From: Malacoraja senta
Taxonomy: Eukaryota
Length of the DNA stretch: 64,000 nucleotides
Direction of reading: 5' to 3'
Assembly (NCBI GenBank): GCA_038087875.1
Contig: CM075991.1
Coordinates: forward strand, 7,318,001 to 7,382,000
The notes beneath the pieces are model-generated. The model ran no database searches and was not told the origin of the DNA. It saw nothing but the letters and a program-made list of their open reading frames with translations. Both the position numbers and the translations under genes were made by a program. Below, in pieces: positions 1 through 11,962 of the stretch (positions within the stretch are counted from its first letter, which is position 1; each line of letters opens with the position of its first letter).

Positions 1-261
1 AAGGCAGAGGAATTGTACACCAGAGGAATTGGAGGATATGGGAATTACATGGTTAAGAAGTTGTGGTTTGGCCAAGAACTTGAATTACAGATCAGGCTCA
101 AAGGACTGTGTGGATGGCTTTTTAATGATTAAGATAATGCAGTGCTACTAACAAACCGCTTTCATTAAAAAGGGGAATTATCACCTATTGGAGCCCTCTT
201 AGTCTTGGCCATTAGTATGACTTTGAATAGTATCAAGGTAAAGAGAACACAGATAGGGTAG

Positions 262-416
262 GAAGGAACTGCAGATCCTGGTTTAAACCGGATAGAGTTT
301 GGAGTAACTCAGCAGGACAGGCAGCATCTCTGATAGAACGAATGGGTGACGTTTTGGGACGAGACCCTTCTTCAGACTGATGTTTCGGGTTGAGACCCTT
401 CTTCAGACAGGCTTCT
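262..416 (-). mobile_element. Penelope-like (PLE) terminal-repeat fragment with two tandem hammerhead motifs, inserted in a CR1 3' fragment
   Basis: GGAAGGAACTGCAGAT..GGAGTAACTCAGC..GACCCTTCTTCAGAC repeat seen many times in the window; flanked by 13-bp direct repeat ACAGATAGGGTAG (249-261 / 417-429). Confidence 0.7.
347..408 (-). ncRNA. Two tandem 31-nt minimal hammerhead ribozyme-like motifs (one degenerate)
   Basis: Minus strand reads GTCTGAAGAAGGGTCTCAACCCGAAACATCA GTCTGAAGAAGGGTCTCGTCCCAAAACGTCA; first copy keeps CUGAAGA/GAAA, second has GAAA>AAAA. Confidence 0.55.
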
Positions 417-760
417 ACAGATAGGGTAGACGGTCAGAATTTTTTTACCCAGGATGGAAAAATCAAATACGAGAGGACACAGCTTGAAGGTGAGAGGGGC
501 AAAGTTTGAAGGAGATCTGTGGGGCAAGTTTTTTACACCGAGGATGGTGGCCTGAGACACACTGCCGGGGGTGATGTTGGAGGTCGATAGGATAGTGGCA
601 TCTAAGAAATGTTTGGATAGGCTTATGGATAGGCATAGAATTGGGGGATATGGATTATGTGCAGGCAGATTAGAGGTGGTTTTAGCATTATGTTTGGCAC
701 AGACATTGTGGGCCGAAGGTTCTGCTCTTGTGCTGTACTATTGTAACCAAGTTCCATTCT
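417..760 (+). mobile_element. CR1/HER1-like LINE 3' fragment
   Basis: Degraded ORF2 C-terminus (TRGHSLK..FFT.R) followed by GGGCCGAAGG..TGTGCTGTAC tail. Confidence 0.7.
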
Positions 761-1734
761 AAAGTGCCACGGAACATCTCCCCTTGCATTGGTTCGTCCT
801 GCATCCAGTTGTGGAGGTGTGCTGCCAAACCTGTAATGGCAAAACAGACCCCGTAAATAGGCAGAATGAGTTGGAAAGAAAACTGTACATCTTCAAACCT
901 TTGTGGGCATTGAATAAATTGAATCGCTTTGTGTAAAATATAGCCGAAACAGTGAATGAAGCTGAGAAAATCTCCTTACTTGCTCCGATGTAACTTGATT
1001 AGTATCCGGCGTGAGGTGCATTGTACCACACACAGACAACGGTGGTTGAAATATGTTGAAATATGTGCTCCTGGATAACTTACCCCTGAAAGGATGACAA
1101 TGATAATTTATGAGCAGCAGGCCTTGGGAGTTAACTTCATGCCATTCATTGCTGCTGGCTGCTGCTGCTGCACCATCTGAATATGAGCAGCAAATCTTGT
1201 CAACTTCCAGAACTGCTCAGCAAATGTCAAATTGTCATTCCATTAATCAGTCAAGCAGGTTGCCTCATGATTTGATGTGCATTTTATTCGCCTTCAATCT
1301 CTGTTGCCGTTTTTCTTTGTGGACTGATTTGTGCTTTTTTTGCACAACTGACTTCCTTATCACTGTTTTGTGTTCTTGTGAATGTCCAGCTTTGTGACAC
1401 TGGAGTGTTAATCATCTTGTCAGGCCTTTGGACTCTGTCTGAGGAAGAATCGCACCGTGGGGAAATTATGGGGCTCGGTTTTGTCTTGGTTGCCTGGAAA
1501 CAGCATCCATACAGGTGAGAGGGGAAGCTTCCTTGAGCTAGTCCTTTCAATTCATGCACTTCTAATTCTCTGTCTGTGATAGTATGGGAAGCTGAATAAA
1601 TACTCCAGGGTATTGCTGAAACAATAAGCACCCATTAACAATGCAAAAAAGATTAGAGATTGGTGCTTAAGGGTACAAGATGACACCAGAATTGCAGCAA
1701 ATCTTGTGTACTGCCTCAGTGTAATCTACTTGGT

Positions 1735-1990
1735 TAGTTAGTTAGTTACTTTAATTTATTGTCATGTGTATCGAGGTACGGTGAAAAGCTTTTGTTGCAT
1801 GCTAACTAGCCAGCGGAAAGACAATACATGATTACAATCGAGCCATTCACAGTGTATAGATACACGATAAGGGAATAACACTTAGTGCAAGGTGAAGCCA
1901 GTAAAGTCCGATCAAGGATAGTCCGATGAGATGGATAGTAGTTCATGACTGCTCTCTGGTTGCAGTAGGATGGTTCAGTTGCCTGATCAC
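1735..1990 (-). mobile_element. Rex1/Babar-like LINE 3' UTR fragment
   Basis: Reverse complement of the 62400-62660 tail (AAAAGCTTTTCACTGTACCTC..ACATGTGACAATAAA..(CTAA)n). Confidence 0.55.
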
Positions 1991-2726
1991 ATTCTTGTAC
2001 TAGAGTATGATTGTGCCGATGTAGAGTTCACTGATCTGCATGCAAATAAGAATTTCACTGTAGCCATGTACATGTGACAATTACCATCAAATACCATTGA
2101 ACTCTTGAAGGCAGCCTTGACTGTATTTACATTTAACAGTTGATGCTTTGCGGTTTCTTCAATTCACTAAACTGGGATTAATCAAAAATGTGTGATGCAT
2201 CATAAAACGATTTCTTCAAGCTCCCATTCTAACATACGAGACAAAAAATGTAATTTTACTGAAGGTTCGTCTCATGGGATGAATGAACCCTTGAGAACGA
2301 ATCTAACTATCATAGTTTCAAATGCGCTTATATTTCTTTCTGACTTAGTTGCTTGCACTTTTGTCTCTGAAAAAGAAATTGTGGTTCAAGTATTTCTCCA
2401 GAAACATGTTTATAAATTGATCATCCCTCCAATGCTGATTAAAGGAATGCTGGACTGTGGTCCACATTTTCTTACCACATAGGAAGAAGCCATTTCACTA
2501 TACCTAATCTATGCCGACTCACAGAAATATTCCGATCCCATTTCTTGACTAATTTTACTTATAAACTATTCTCTCTCTACATTCCCCTCACCTCTCCCCA
2601 GATCCTACCCGCTCATCTACACACCACAAACAATTTGCAGCAGCTGATTAGCTCAGCAACGTGTGGGTCTTTGGGATATGGGCTTATTAGGCTTATATGG
2701 GTAGCCAGAGACAACCCATCAAAGGG

Positions 2727-3110
2727 AGATGGACACAAAATGCTGGATTAACTCAGCGGGACAGGCAGCATCTCTGGAGAGAAGGAATGGGTGACGTCTC
2801 TTTGGACTGATGTCAGGGGAGTGGGCGGTACAGAGTTAAAATATAGTCGGAGACAGTAAGACTGGTCGGACAACTGGGAAGGAGGAGGGGATGGAGAGAG
2901 AGGGAAAGCAAGGACTATTTGAAGTTAGAGAAGTCAATGTTCATACCGCTGGGGTGTAAGCTACCCAAGCAAAATATGAGGTGTTGTTCCTCCAATTTGC
3001 GCTGGGCCTCACTCTGACAATGGAGGAGGCCCAGGACAGAAAGGTCAATGTGAGAATGGGAGGGGGAGTTAAAGTGTTGAGCAGGTAGGTTTAGGCGGAC
3101 TGAGCGGGTC
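2727..3110 (-). mobile_element. Penelope-like element 3' fragment (ORF C-terminus plus terminal repeat)
   Basis: Encodes HFNSPSHSHIDLSVLGLLHCQSEAQRKLEEQHLIFCLGSLHPSGMNIDFSNFK*, resembling the C-terminal half of a PLE GIY-YIG domain; joined to the repeat that carries the hammerhead motif elsewhere. Confidence 0.75.
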
Positions 3111-3666
3111 ACAGTCACAGGGAGAATGTGCAAGCTCCGAACAGCAGCAGAGGTCAATAATGAACCCAGTTGCTGGAACGATGAGGCTAGTAGTGCTGTG
3201 TCATCCATCAAATTAAGGTCTGATCTGCTCTCTCTGGTAACCACAAAAGATTCTATGACTGGGGTAATCGCCAGAGTCCCAGACAATATTTATCTCTTAA
3301 TAATTCAAGTTAAAAGAAGTTGCAGATGCTGGAAATCTGAAATAAAATCTAAAAATGCTGGAAACACACGTGTGCAAGATAAACCCAGTTAATGTTTCAG
3401 ACAGAAGACCCAGTGAAAGATAATTACCCCTTGACCAAATTATCTGGTTGATATATCAACACGTTTTGGTCCCTTTTTTAAAAATTATTTTTCGCTTTTG
3501 TTTTCTTATTCTTTTTTAAGTTTTTACTTATTCACTCTTTGACTATACTATTCGGTAGTTTAGGGGTTTACACATTCACTATTTCTTTCACTTTCTCTCT
3601 TTCTTGCTCTTTCTCTCTTTTTCTATTTCTTCTTTGTCAAAATTAAAATGGAAGATTCTACTGCAG

Positions 3667-4272
3667 GAGCAGGGAGGTTCTACTGCAGTTGTACAGGGTC
3701 TTCGTGAGACCACACCTGGAGTATTGCGTACAGTTTTGGTCTCCAAATCTGAGGAAAGACATTCTTGCCATAGAGGGAGTACAGAGAAGGTTCACCAGAC
3801 TGATTCCTGGGATGTCAGGAATTTCATATGAGGAAAGACTGGATAGACTCGGCTTGTACTCGCTAGAATTTAGAAGATTGAGGGGGGATCTTATAGAAAC
3901 TTACAAAATTCTTAAGGGGTTGGACAGGCTAGATGCAGGAAGATTGTTCCCGATGTTGGGGGAGTCCAGAACAAGGGGTCACAGTTTAAGGATAAGGGGG
4001 AAATCTTTTAGTACCGAGATGAGAAAACCATTTTTTACACAGAGAGTGGTGAATCTGTGGAACTCTCTGCCACAGAAGGTAGTTGAGGCCAGTTCATTGG
4101 CTATATTTAAGAGGGAGTTAGATGTGGCCCTTGTGGCTAAAGGGATCAGGGGGTATGGAGAGAAGGCAGGTACAAGATACTGATTGGGGATGATCAGCCA
4201 TGATCATATTGAATGGCGGTGCAGGCTCGAAGGGCCGAATGGCCTACTCCTGCACCTATTGTCTATGTTTCT
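3667..4272 (+). mobile_element. Young CR1 LINE 3' fragment (same family as 21626-24707)
   Basis: ORF 3689-4183 (VRPHLEYCVQFWSP...) nearly identical to the end of the 23673-24611 ORF; same 3' UTR and CTATGTTT-type tail. Confidence 0.95.
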
Positions 4273-5384
4273 AAGGTACAATAAATGTATTATGTCATTT
4301 TAAAAAAAGAAAAAAACAAAAAGATATATTGTTTGCGGGAGCTTTTTGTGAGAAATTATCTGTCATGTTTGTTTTTAATTACATCTTAAAATACAGTTTA
4401 TTGCCTGCAAAATACAGAGGTATCGAGTCACACAACACAGGCCCACCATATCCAAGCCACAAGCACCTATCTATACTAAGGCCCATTTATCAGCTCTTGG
4501 GCAGCAGCCTACAATGCACTGTATTCAGATGCTTCTTAAAGGTTCTGAGAGTATTTACCCCTTCCACTTTCCCATGCAGTGTGTTCCAGACTTTCTCAGA
4601 TCCCGTCCTTTGCTCCTTACCTTAAACCTATGACTGCTAGATATCCAGCAATCAGAGAAAGCTTCATAAATATTTGTTTGTTCTAAATCTGGGCATTTCA
4701 TTTTTTGTGTGAAATGTGTCAGTGGGTCATATATTTAATATTTAGTACAAGGACTGAAAGGAAAATATCACCTCTCTGTTGGCTCGGCTCCTCCCACATC
4801 CCTGAGTTATAAAGAGTTTAGAGATAGAACAAGGGAACAGGACCTTCAGCCCACCAAGTCTACGCTGACCATCGATCACCTGTTCACACAAGTTCTATGT
4901 AATCCCGCTTGCTCATCCACTCCTTGCATTAGGGGCAATTTTACAGAGACAAATTCGCAAGTCTTTGGGATGTGGGAAGAAACTGGAGCCACCTGGAGCA
5001 AATCCATGAGAAGAAGTTACAGAGCAGAACTTGTTCCTACTGGAATGGAGCAGACTCCAGGACATATGAGAAATTGTTCAACCCATGTCACCTCCATTCC
5101 ATCTTGGTACACAGACAATGCTTGAATAAGTGCACAGTTGGAGGTTGACTCCCATGTTGTTGCAAGTTTCTGAAACAGATGAGAAAACAGACCTCGCACT
5201 CAACATCTGAAGATCAGTGGGTCAACACAGCCTATGGCAGTCTGAGGATCAACCAACACCCTAAATGTAGCACAAAGCTAACTGTTTATGGGCAGCAGTG
5301 GACCGTGCCCTCTTGTGCGAACTTGACATGTGGGGTACCTATAGCAGCCACCTCCAAACACATGTCTTTGCAAAGTGTGCACTT

Positions 5385-5635
5385 GGTGGCATGGAGGAAC
5401 AATGGTAGAGTTGTTGCCTTACATCGCCAGAGACCTAGGTTCAATCCTGACAATGGGTGCTGTGTGCAAGGAGTTTGTACATTCTCCCCGTGACTGCGCG
5501 GGTTCTCCCGGGTGTTCTGGTTTCCCCCCACATTGCAAAAATGTACAGGTTTGTAGGCTAATTGGCTTTGGTTGTAAATTGTCCCCAGTGTGTAGGGTAG
5601 TGCGTGTGTACGGGGATTGCTGGTGGGCGCAGACT
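5385..5635 (+). mobile_element. HE1-like V-SINE (partial)
   Basis: tRNA-like head (GGTAGAGTTG / GGTTCAATCC) plus V-domain GGAGTTTGTACATTCTCCCCGTGAC. Confidence 0.75.
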
Positions 5636-5905
5636 TAATTGCTGTTCAGACAAAAAAAATCAGACAAAAAAAAATTGAAGATAACATCAATTCTGTCTCT
5701 GCAATATCCACTGGTGGGATAAACAAAACAAGCTCAATGTCCTCTTCAGGACATGTCCCTGGCAGTGGAGTAAGAGGTACGCCCAGCCAGCTTTGATGTA
5801 CAGGCCTGATTGTCCACATGCCTGGCACTAGACTACTAAAATATTCTGAACCATGCCATGGGAAATGATGACCAGGCTGACAGACAAAAAGATGCAAGGA
5901 TGTTG

Positions 5906-6112
5906 GGGCGCAACTGGTAGAGCTGCTGCCTCACAATGCCAGGGACCCAGGTACGATCCTGTCTGTGTGGAGTTTGCAAAGACATGCAGATTTGTAGGTT
6001 GTTATTGTCCTCTGCAAATTTCCCCCAGTGTGTAGGGTGTGGTTGAGAAAGTGGGCTAACATAGAACTAGTGTGAATGGGTGATCGATAACCGGTGTGGT
6101 CTAAACTATACT
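5906..6112 (+). mobile_element. HE1-like V-SINE (internally deleted)
   Basis: tRNA-like head, partial V-domain, CTAAACTA tail. Confidence 0.65.
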
Positions 6113-7124
6113 GATGTTCTCAAAGCTTCCCTGAAAAGGTACGACATCCCCACTGGCTCCCGGCTGAGTGAAATGAAGAAGAAACACTTGGAATGGCATT
6201 GAGGACTTTGAATCCAACTCATGGTATGTGGCTGAAGGAATGGACTACCTGCTAAACCACCCAACTACTTGCACTGCCAAGCACCTCGGTGCATCTGAGT
6301 CACAATGTGTGTATCCCACATTGGTATAATCATCTGCCTCAGAACTCACAGCTAAAGTGGAAGCAGGTTATTATCCCAAGGGACTACCTAAGAACAGAAT
6401 CAGAGGGGACTGACACTGGCAGAAACGTCTTTTCTGACCTTTAGTTTCATATGCAATTTGGAATTCGTGTTTCTTGCACATAATCTCAAAGGTGCAGTAG
6501 CTTAATTTTCAGTTGCACGTGTTCTTTCCTCACTCCTCATTCTGCTAACAGAATGGTTTAATTGGGACAAGTTCAAGCCAGCAGTCAGCTTGCAACTCGG
6601 ATCAGTTTTTGCGAGGAGGTGAATATATATCTTCCAGCAACTTACTAGCATTTTCTTCAATTTGCAGCTTAAGCCAGGAGCTGGAAAGCTTTTTTTGTGA
6701 AGCTACCTCCTTTGATTACCTGTATACATTTCTCTGAAGTTACTTGGTTGGTAGTGAATCATAAATCCTACTTTTCATATCATATTTTCTCATATATCGG
6801 AAAATATTTCTGCACAGCATCTTTCTTTGGAAAGAAAACAGCAATTAATTGGTAACGATATTACCTGAGCAATTTTAATTTTGATTTGCCTGTGTTTATG
6901 ATTTTATAATCTGAAGGTTAATTATAAGAATGTAATGAAGAGGAGCTGGAGAAGGCTTCAAGCCTACTTCACTATTCATAGACAATTTTCCATCTCAAAA
7001 CACTTTCCAATCATGCTCACATGGTCTGTGATCCCCATTGTCACTGGAACTCGGAAAACAAATTAAGCTGCAGATGCTGGAATCAGACACAAAAACAGAA
7101 ATGCTGGAAGAGCTCAGCCAATCT

Positions 7125-7375
7125 GGCAGTGAAGCAGTAGAGTTGCTGCCTTACAGCGCCAGAGACCTGGGTTCAATCCTGACTATGGGTGCTGACTGCA
7201 CCATGGATTCCAGCATCTGCAGTTTTGTACATTCTCCCTGTGAGCGCATGAGTTTCCTCCGGGTGCTCTGGTTTCTTCCCACTCTCCAAAGACGTGCAGA
7301 TGTGACGGTTAATTGGCTTCTGAAATTTGTACATTGTCCCTAGTGTGTGGGATAGTGCCAGTGTGTGGGGTGATT
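7125..7375 (+). mobile_element. HE1-like V-SINE (partial)
   Basis: GTAGAGTTGCTGCCTTACAGCGCCAGAGACCTGGGTTCAATCC head and V-domain. Confidence 0.75.
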
Positions 7376-8029
7376 TCACATCAAATGACCTTTCAACAGA
7401 AATGGTTAACATCGTTGCTTGGATTTGAGAAGCAGCACAGTTGAGGGACTTGCTGCAAGTCAAGCAAACGGTCCTAGGTCTCGTCCGAGAACACAAGTGG
7501 ACACTTTCCAGCAGCTGGGTGGAGGTCCACGAAAGAATTAAGCGGAAAGGAGGTTGTAGAGGCCGGGTTGAAATGTGGCTTGAATGGAGTTTGGGAACGG
7601 GGTACACCTCAAGGACCCAAACAAATAACATGAATGAAAAATAATTTGGGTTGCAGAATTGGCGGATCCTGTCACCCACACCGTAACGCAGTTTTCTATG
7701 TTTCGGCAAACTTACGAGGCAAGTTTTAAATTGGAATTGGGCTCCTGGGAGAGCCACAGAAATGAAAATTCACCAGGCAATTATGCATGGGGTATTGCAA
7801 GAAAGTGACGCTTAGGCAAAGTATCAGTTGCGATCTCTTTTAGTGGCGGAAGAGGCAAACTTGGACAAAAGGCCTTGTCTTGCATCTTATGTTCTTTTGT
7901 AGAAACAAGGAACTTCCCATACTTGAACTTCCGATACAAAGAAAGACATAACATGCTGGAGTAACTGAGAGGGTCTGGCAGCATAATTGCTAATCAGCCG
8001 GAGTCCAGCAGGACTTGGGAGACTTTGGC

Positions 8030-8110
8030 AGACCTAGTCTCTGCTTGGTCTCACCGATGTAAAGGAGGCCACATGGGGAACACAGAATGTAGAAGATGAG
8101 GGGAGAGGAG
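8030..8110 (-). mobile_element. Penelope GIY-YIG endonuclease fragment
   Basis: Minus-strand peptide LIFYILCSPCGLLYIGETKQRLG matches the IY..C..C..YIGET motif of PLE endonucleases. Confidence 0.7.
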
Positions 8111-8169
8111 GAGTTCAGTGAAGCAGTCACTATGCTTGGTCTTGCCATTTGTACAGGTTGGTTCAAGAA

Positions 8170-8327
8170 CCAAAGATAGACAAAATAGCTGGAGTAACTC
8201 AGCGGGTCAGACAGCATCTCTGGAGAAAAGGAATAGGTGACGTTTCGGGTTGAGACCCTTTTCAGATTCAGGAGCGTTTTGTGTCTATCTTTGGTTTAAA
8301 CCTGCATCTGCAGGTCCTTCCTACACA
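8170..8327. mobile_element. Palindromic mini-PLE insertion
   Basis: Inverted terminal-repeat halves; 11-bp direct repeat TGGTTCAAGAA (8159-8169 / 8328-8338). Confidence 0.7.
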
Positions 8328-8339
8328 TGGTTCAAGAAG

Positions 8340-8790
8340 CTGGAGGATGATAATGTTCCTGAACCTGGTGGTCTGGGACTTTAGACATCCTTCCCTCCTG
8401 CCTGAAGATGGCAGTGAGAAGAGACCATTGGGAGGATGGTGGAGATCCATAATGATAGATGTTGACTTCTTGGTGCAACACCTAGTGTAGATGCTGTCAA
8501 AGAAGGGGAGAGCTTTCCCTGTGATGGACCAGGCTAGGTCCCTCACTGTCTGTAGTCTCTGGCATACCTGTGTGTTGGAATTGCCCTACCTGGCCATGAA
8601 GCAACCAGTCAGGATACTTTCTACCATCCAGATTTTGTTAAGGTATTCAAAGACATGCAAGCTCTCTAATCTTATAGGAAAGTAGAGGCACTGGCACACC
8701 TTCTTCATCACTGTTTCCATGTGCCCAGGACAGGTCATCCGAGATATTAACATCCAGGAATTTGAACTTGTTGACTATCTCCATCACCAA
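8340..8790 (-). mobile_element. Rex1/Babar-like LINE fragment (degraded)
   Basis: Minus peptide AWSITG..IYTRCC.KK..SII.D.HHP.N.LFSLPSGRR...TTRFRN parallels the 9027-9578 ORF. Confidence 0.75.
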
Positions 8791-8942
8791 CCCACTGATT
8801 TAAAAACTGCTGCTTTAACCTACACAGGGGTATCTTACACTAGCCTATCACCTACACCTTTGAATTAAAATAAATGCTGCTGATGCGAGAAACCTAAAAT
8901 AGAAACAAAACATGCTGAAAAACCTAGCATCTGTGGGAAGAG

Positions 8943-9759
8943 TATAGAAGAGAGATCGAGCAACTGTCCATATGGTGCCAGCACAATAACCTGGCCCTCA
9001 ACACCAGCAAAACCAAGGAACTGATTGTGGACTTTGGAAGGAGTAGGATGGGGACCCACAGTCCCGTTTATATCAACGGGTCGATGGTTGAAAGGGTCAA
9101 GAGCTTCAAATTCCTGGGCGTGCACATCTCTGAAGATCTTTCCTGGTCCGAGAACAATGATGCCATTATTAAGAAAGCACATCAGCGCCTCTACTTCCTG
9201 AGAAGATTACGGAGAGTCGGTTTGTCAAGGACGACTCTCTCTAACTTCTACAGGTGCACAGTAGAGAGCATGCTGACCGGTTGCATCGTGGCTTGGTTCG
9301 GCAACTTGAGCGCCCTGGAGAGGAAAAGACTACAAAAAGTAGTAAACACTGCCCAGTCCATCATCGGCTCTGACCTCCCTTCCATCGAGGGGATCTATCA
9401 CAGTTGCTGCCTCAAAAAGGCTGGCAGTATCATCAAGGACCCACACCATCCTGGCCACACACTCATCTCCCTACTACCTTCAGGTAGAAGGTACAGGAGC
9501 CTGAAGACTGCAACGACCAGGTTCAGGAACACCTACTTCCCCACAGCCATCAGGCTATTAAACCTGGCTCGGACATAACACTGAACTTTATTAGCCAATA
9601 CTGTTATTTGCACTTTATCAGTATATTGATTCATGTGTGTATATATTTATAGAATGCCTTGTAGTCAATGCCTACTATGTTCTGTTGTGCTGAAGCAAAG
9701 CAAGAATTTCATTGTCCTATCAGGGACACATGACAATAAACTCACTTGACTTGACTTGA
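8943..9759 (+). mobile_element. Rex1/Babar-clade LINE 3' part (RT C-terminus, 3' UTR, (TTGAC)n tail)
   Basis: Open frame EYRREIEQLSIWCQHNNLALNTSKTKELIVDF...FKFLGVHI...QRLYFLRRL...LLPSGRRYRS; GAAGAG flanks both ends. Confidence 0.85.
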
Positions 9760-9899
9760 AGAGAAGTGGAATTAACTTGTTCAGTTCCGGCAAAGAGTCT
9801 TCAACCATAACTATTACCTCTTCCCACAGATGCAGCTTGATCGGGCCAATTATTTCCCGCAGTTTTTGTTTTAATTCAGCATCAACATTTTTGAGATGT

Positions 9900-10213
9900 T
9901 TAGTTTTGTTTCGTTTAGAGGTACAGCACGGATACAGGCCCTTCGGCCCACCGAGTCCGCACCGACCAGCCATCCCCACACACTAACACTATCCCACACA
10001 CACTAGGGACAATTTACATTTGTACCAAACCAATTAACTTACAAACCCGCACGTCTTTGGAGCGAGGGAGGAAACCGAAGATCTCGGAGAAAACCCACGT
10101 GGTCACGGGGAGAACGTACAAACTCCGTACAGACAGCACCCGTAGTCGGGATCGAACCCAGGTGTCCGACACTGCAAGCGCTGTAAGATAGCAACTCTAC
10201 CGCTGCGCCACCC
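9900..10213 (-). mobile_element. HE1-like V-SINE, near full length
   Basis: Head, V-domain and GGGCCGAAGGGCCTGT..GCTGTAC tail on minus strand. Confidence 0.85.
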
Positions 10214-10537
10214 AAGGAGATACACTGTCCCCAAGGCAAGGATCGAATTCCGGTCTCTGTCGCTCTGAGAAAGAAGCACAAACAGCTGTGCCACCATTTC
10301 AGCCTTCCCTTTCCTCCCCTCCCTCCTATCTCTTCCCTTCCAAGTACTTAACTCCCGTGGCTTTCACACATCAATATCTTTATTTATTTAGTATCCATAA
10401 TATCCCAAAAGGCCGAACAAGAGGATTATTTAAAAAAAAAAAAAGAAAAACAAAGTAAGATATTTGTAGGTTGTATAAAGCAGTAAGAATGAGAATAAAT
10501 GTTAGAGCAACACAGACTGCAAGGAGCAAAAGAAGTT

Positions 10538-10732
10538 CTCGGACATAACTCTGAACTTTACTAGCCAATACTGTTATTTGCACTTTATCAGTATATTGAC
10601 CATTGTGTATATATTTATAGAATGCCTTGTAGTAAATGCCTACTATGTTCTGTTGTGCTCAAGCAAAGCAAGAATTTCATTGTCCTACCAGGGACACATG
10701 ACAATAAACTCACTTGACTTGACTTGACTTGA
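10538..10732 (+). mobile_element. Second Rex1/Babar 3' UTR copy
   Basis: Near-identical to 9568-9759; flanked by GAAGTTC (10532-10538 / 10731-10737). Confidence 0.8.
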
Positions 10733-11962
10733 AGTTCAAGTGAATGAATTCAGCCAATGGCATAGTTGGACTAAATCACTATTATTGGGACAGAAATTTA
10801 TGCTGTTAGCCCCCAATACTCAATTTGATACCTTAGCTGCATAGTCATCACTAACTCAAACCACAAATTGTTTGTGCAGTTCAGAAATCGGAGTATTACA
10901 TTGTTATATTTCTATCTTTGGGGTATTTGAAGTGTATACTTCTGTTTTATTGCTCAAGTCATATTTCTCTTCAAGAGGCAAGCTGTGAAAGTTGTCTCCC
11001 TCAGACAATGCTGCAGCACTATTTTTCAATTCTTGGGATGTGGTTATTTTTAACAAGCAAAGATTTATTGCCCACTCTTCATTAACCCTTGAGAAGATGG
11101 TTACGACCCTTTTCTTGAACTCCTGCCATCCCGTGTGATGGAGTGCTCTTGGTCTGAACCCAGTGACATTAATTTTGACAGTGCTTTGATACAACTGGAT
11201 GGCTTGTGAGGCCATTTCATGGGACAATTAAGAGCCCATCACATCTCACTGGGTCTGACAATACCACGTTCTCCCTGTTACTTATGATCAGAAACCAGAT
11301 TTGTTACTTTTCTTTAAAGTAAAGAGACAATCTGTGACCATTTGAACGATCGCTAGTGCTCTTGGTCAAGATGAAAAAAGAAATCCCTGATACATCAACT
11401 CTCGTTGTAATAACAGCAATTTAGAAATGGTCATATTCTAAATATAGTCAGTTCCAAGCTTCAATCACAATTATCCTCTCACCATTTTGATTTGACCTTT
11501 CTCAGAGCCGATGCTGATGATGGTTAAAGAATGAATTATTTCCTGAGAATGTGGGGTCCATTTATAACCCCGAAATGTTTAGTGTGTTGCTTGCTGCTGC
11601 ATCTACCAGGTAGACAGAACAAACCATACTAGGGACACATCTTGTGGGGCATTCACAATCACAGTATTTTAGTTGTTGCCTGGCAACTCTTGAGGTTAAC
11701 TCTTCAGTGAACAATTGCTGCCAATGGACTGTTCAGATGAGACGGTACACCCTGACTGTCTGCCACATAAAGACAAAAGTGCTGGGGTAACTCAACATGT
11801 CAGGCAGCACACCTGGAGAAGATGGATATGCGACATTTTGGGTTGGGACCCTTCTTCATTCTGAAGAAAAGTCCCACCCAGAACTGCATATCCGTGTTCT
11901 CCAAGGATGCTGTGTTGCTCCAGCACTTTTGTCGTTTGTCGTAAACCAGCATCTTGCTTTTA

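Larger units (their letters stand above)
5040..6400 (+). mobile_element. Old RTE-clade LINE 3' part, interrupted by two V-SINEs
   Basis: Degenerate peptides resembling RTE ORF2 end (..VHMPGTRLLKYSE..GK..G.Q.KR.KD / DVLKASLK..); reading resumes across the SINE at duplicated GATGTT; 3' end GGGACTACCTAAGAACAGAA. Confidence 0.55.

Noticed and set aside
7173..7757. 194-aa minus-strand ORF
   Set aside because: No recognisable domain; its C-terminal third is antisense V-SINE; no convincing splice signals.
9568..10732. About 190-bp direct repeat 1 kb apart resembling LTRs or a segmental duplication
   Set aside because: Both are Rex1-type 3' tails, each with its own short flanking duplication (GAAGAG, GAAGTTC); no TG..CA ends or PBS/PPT.
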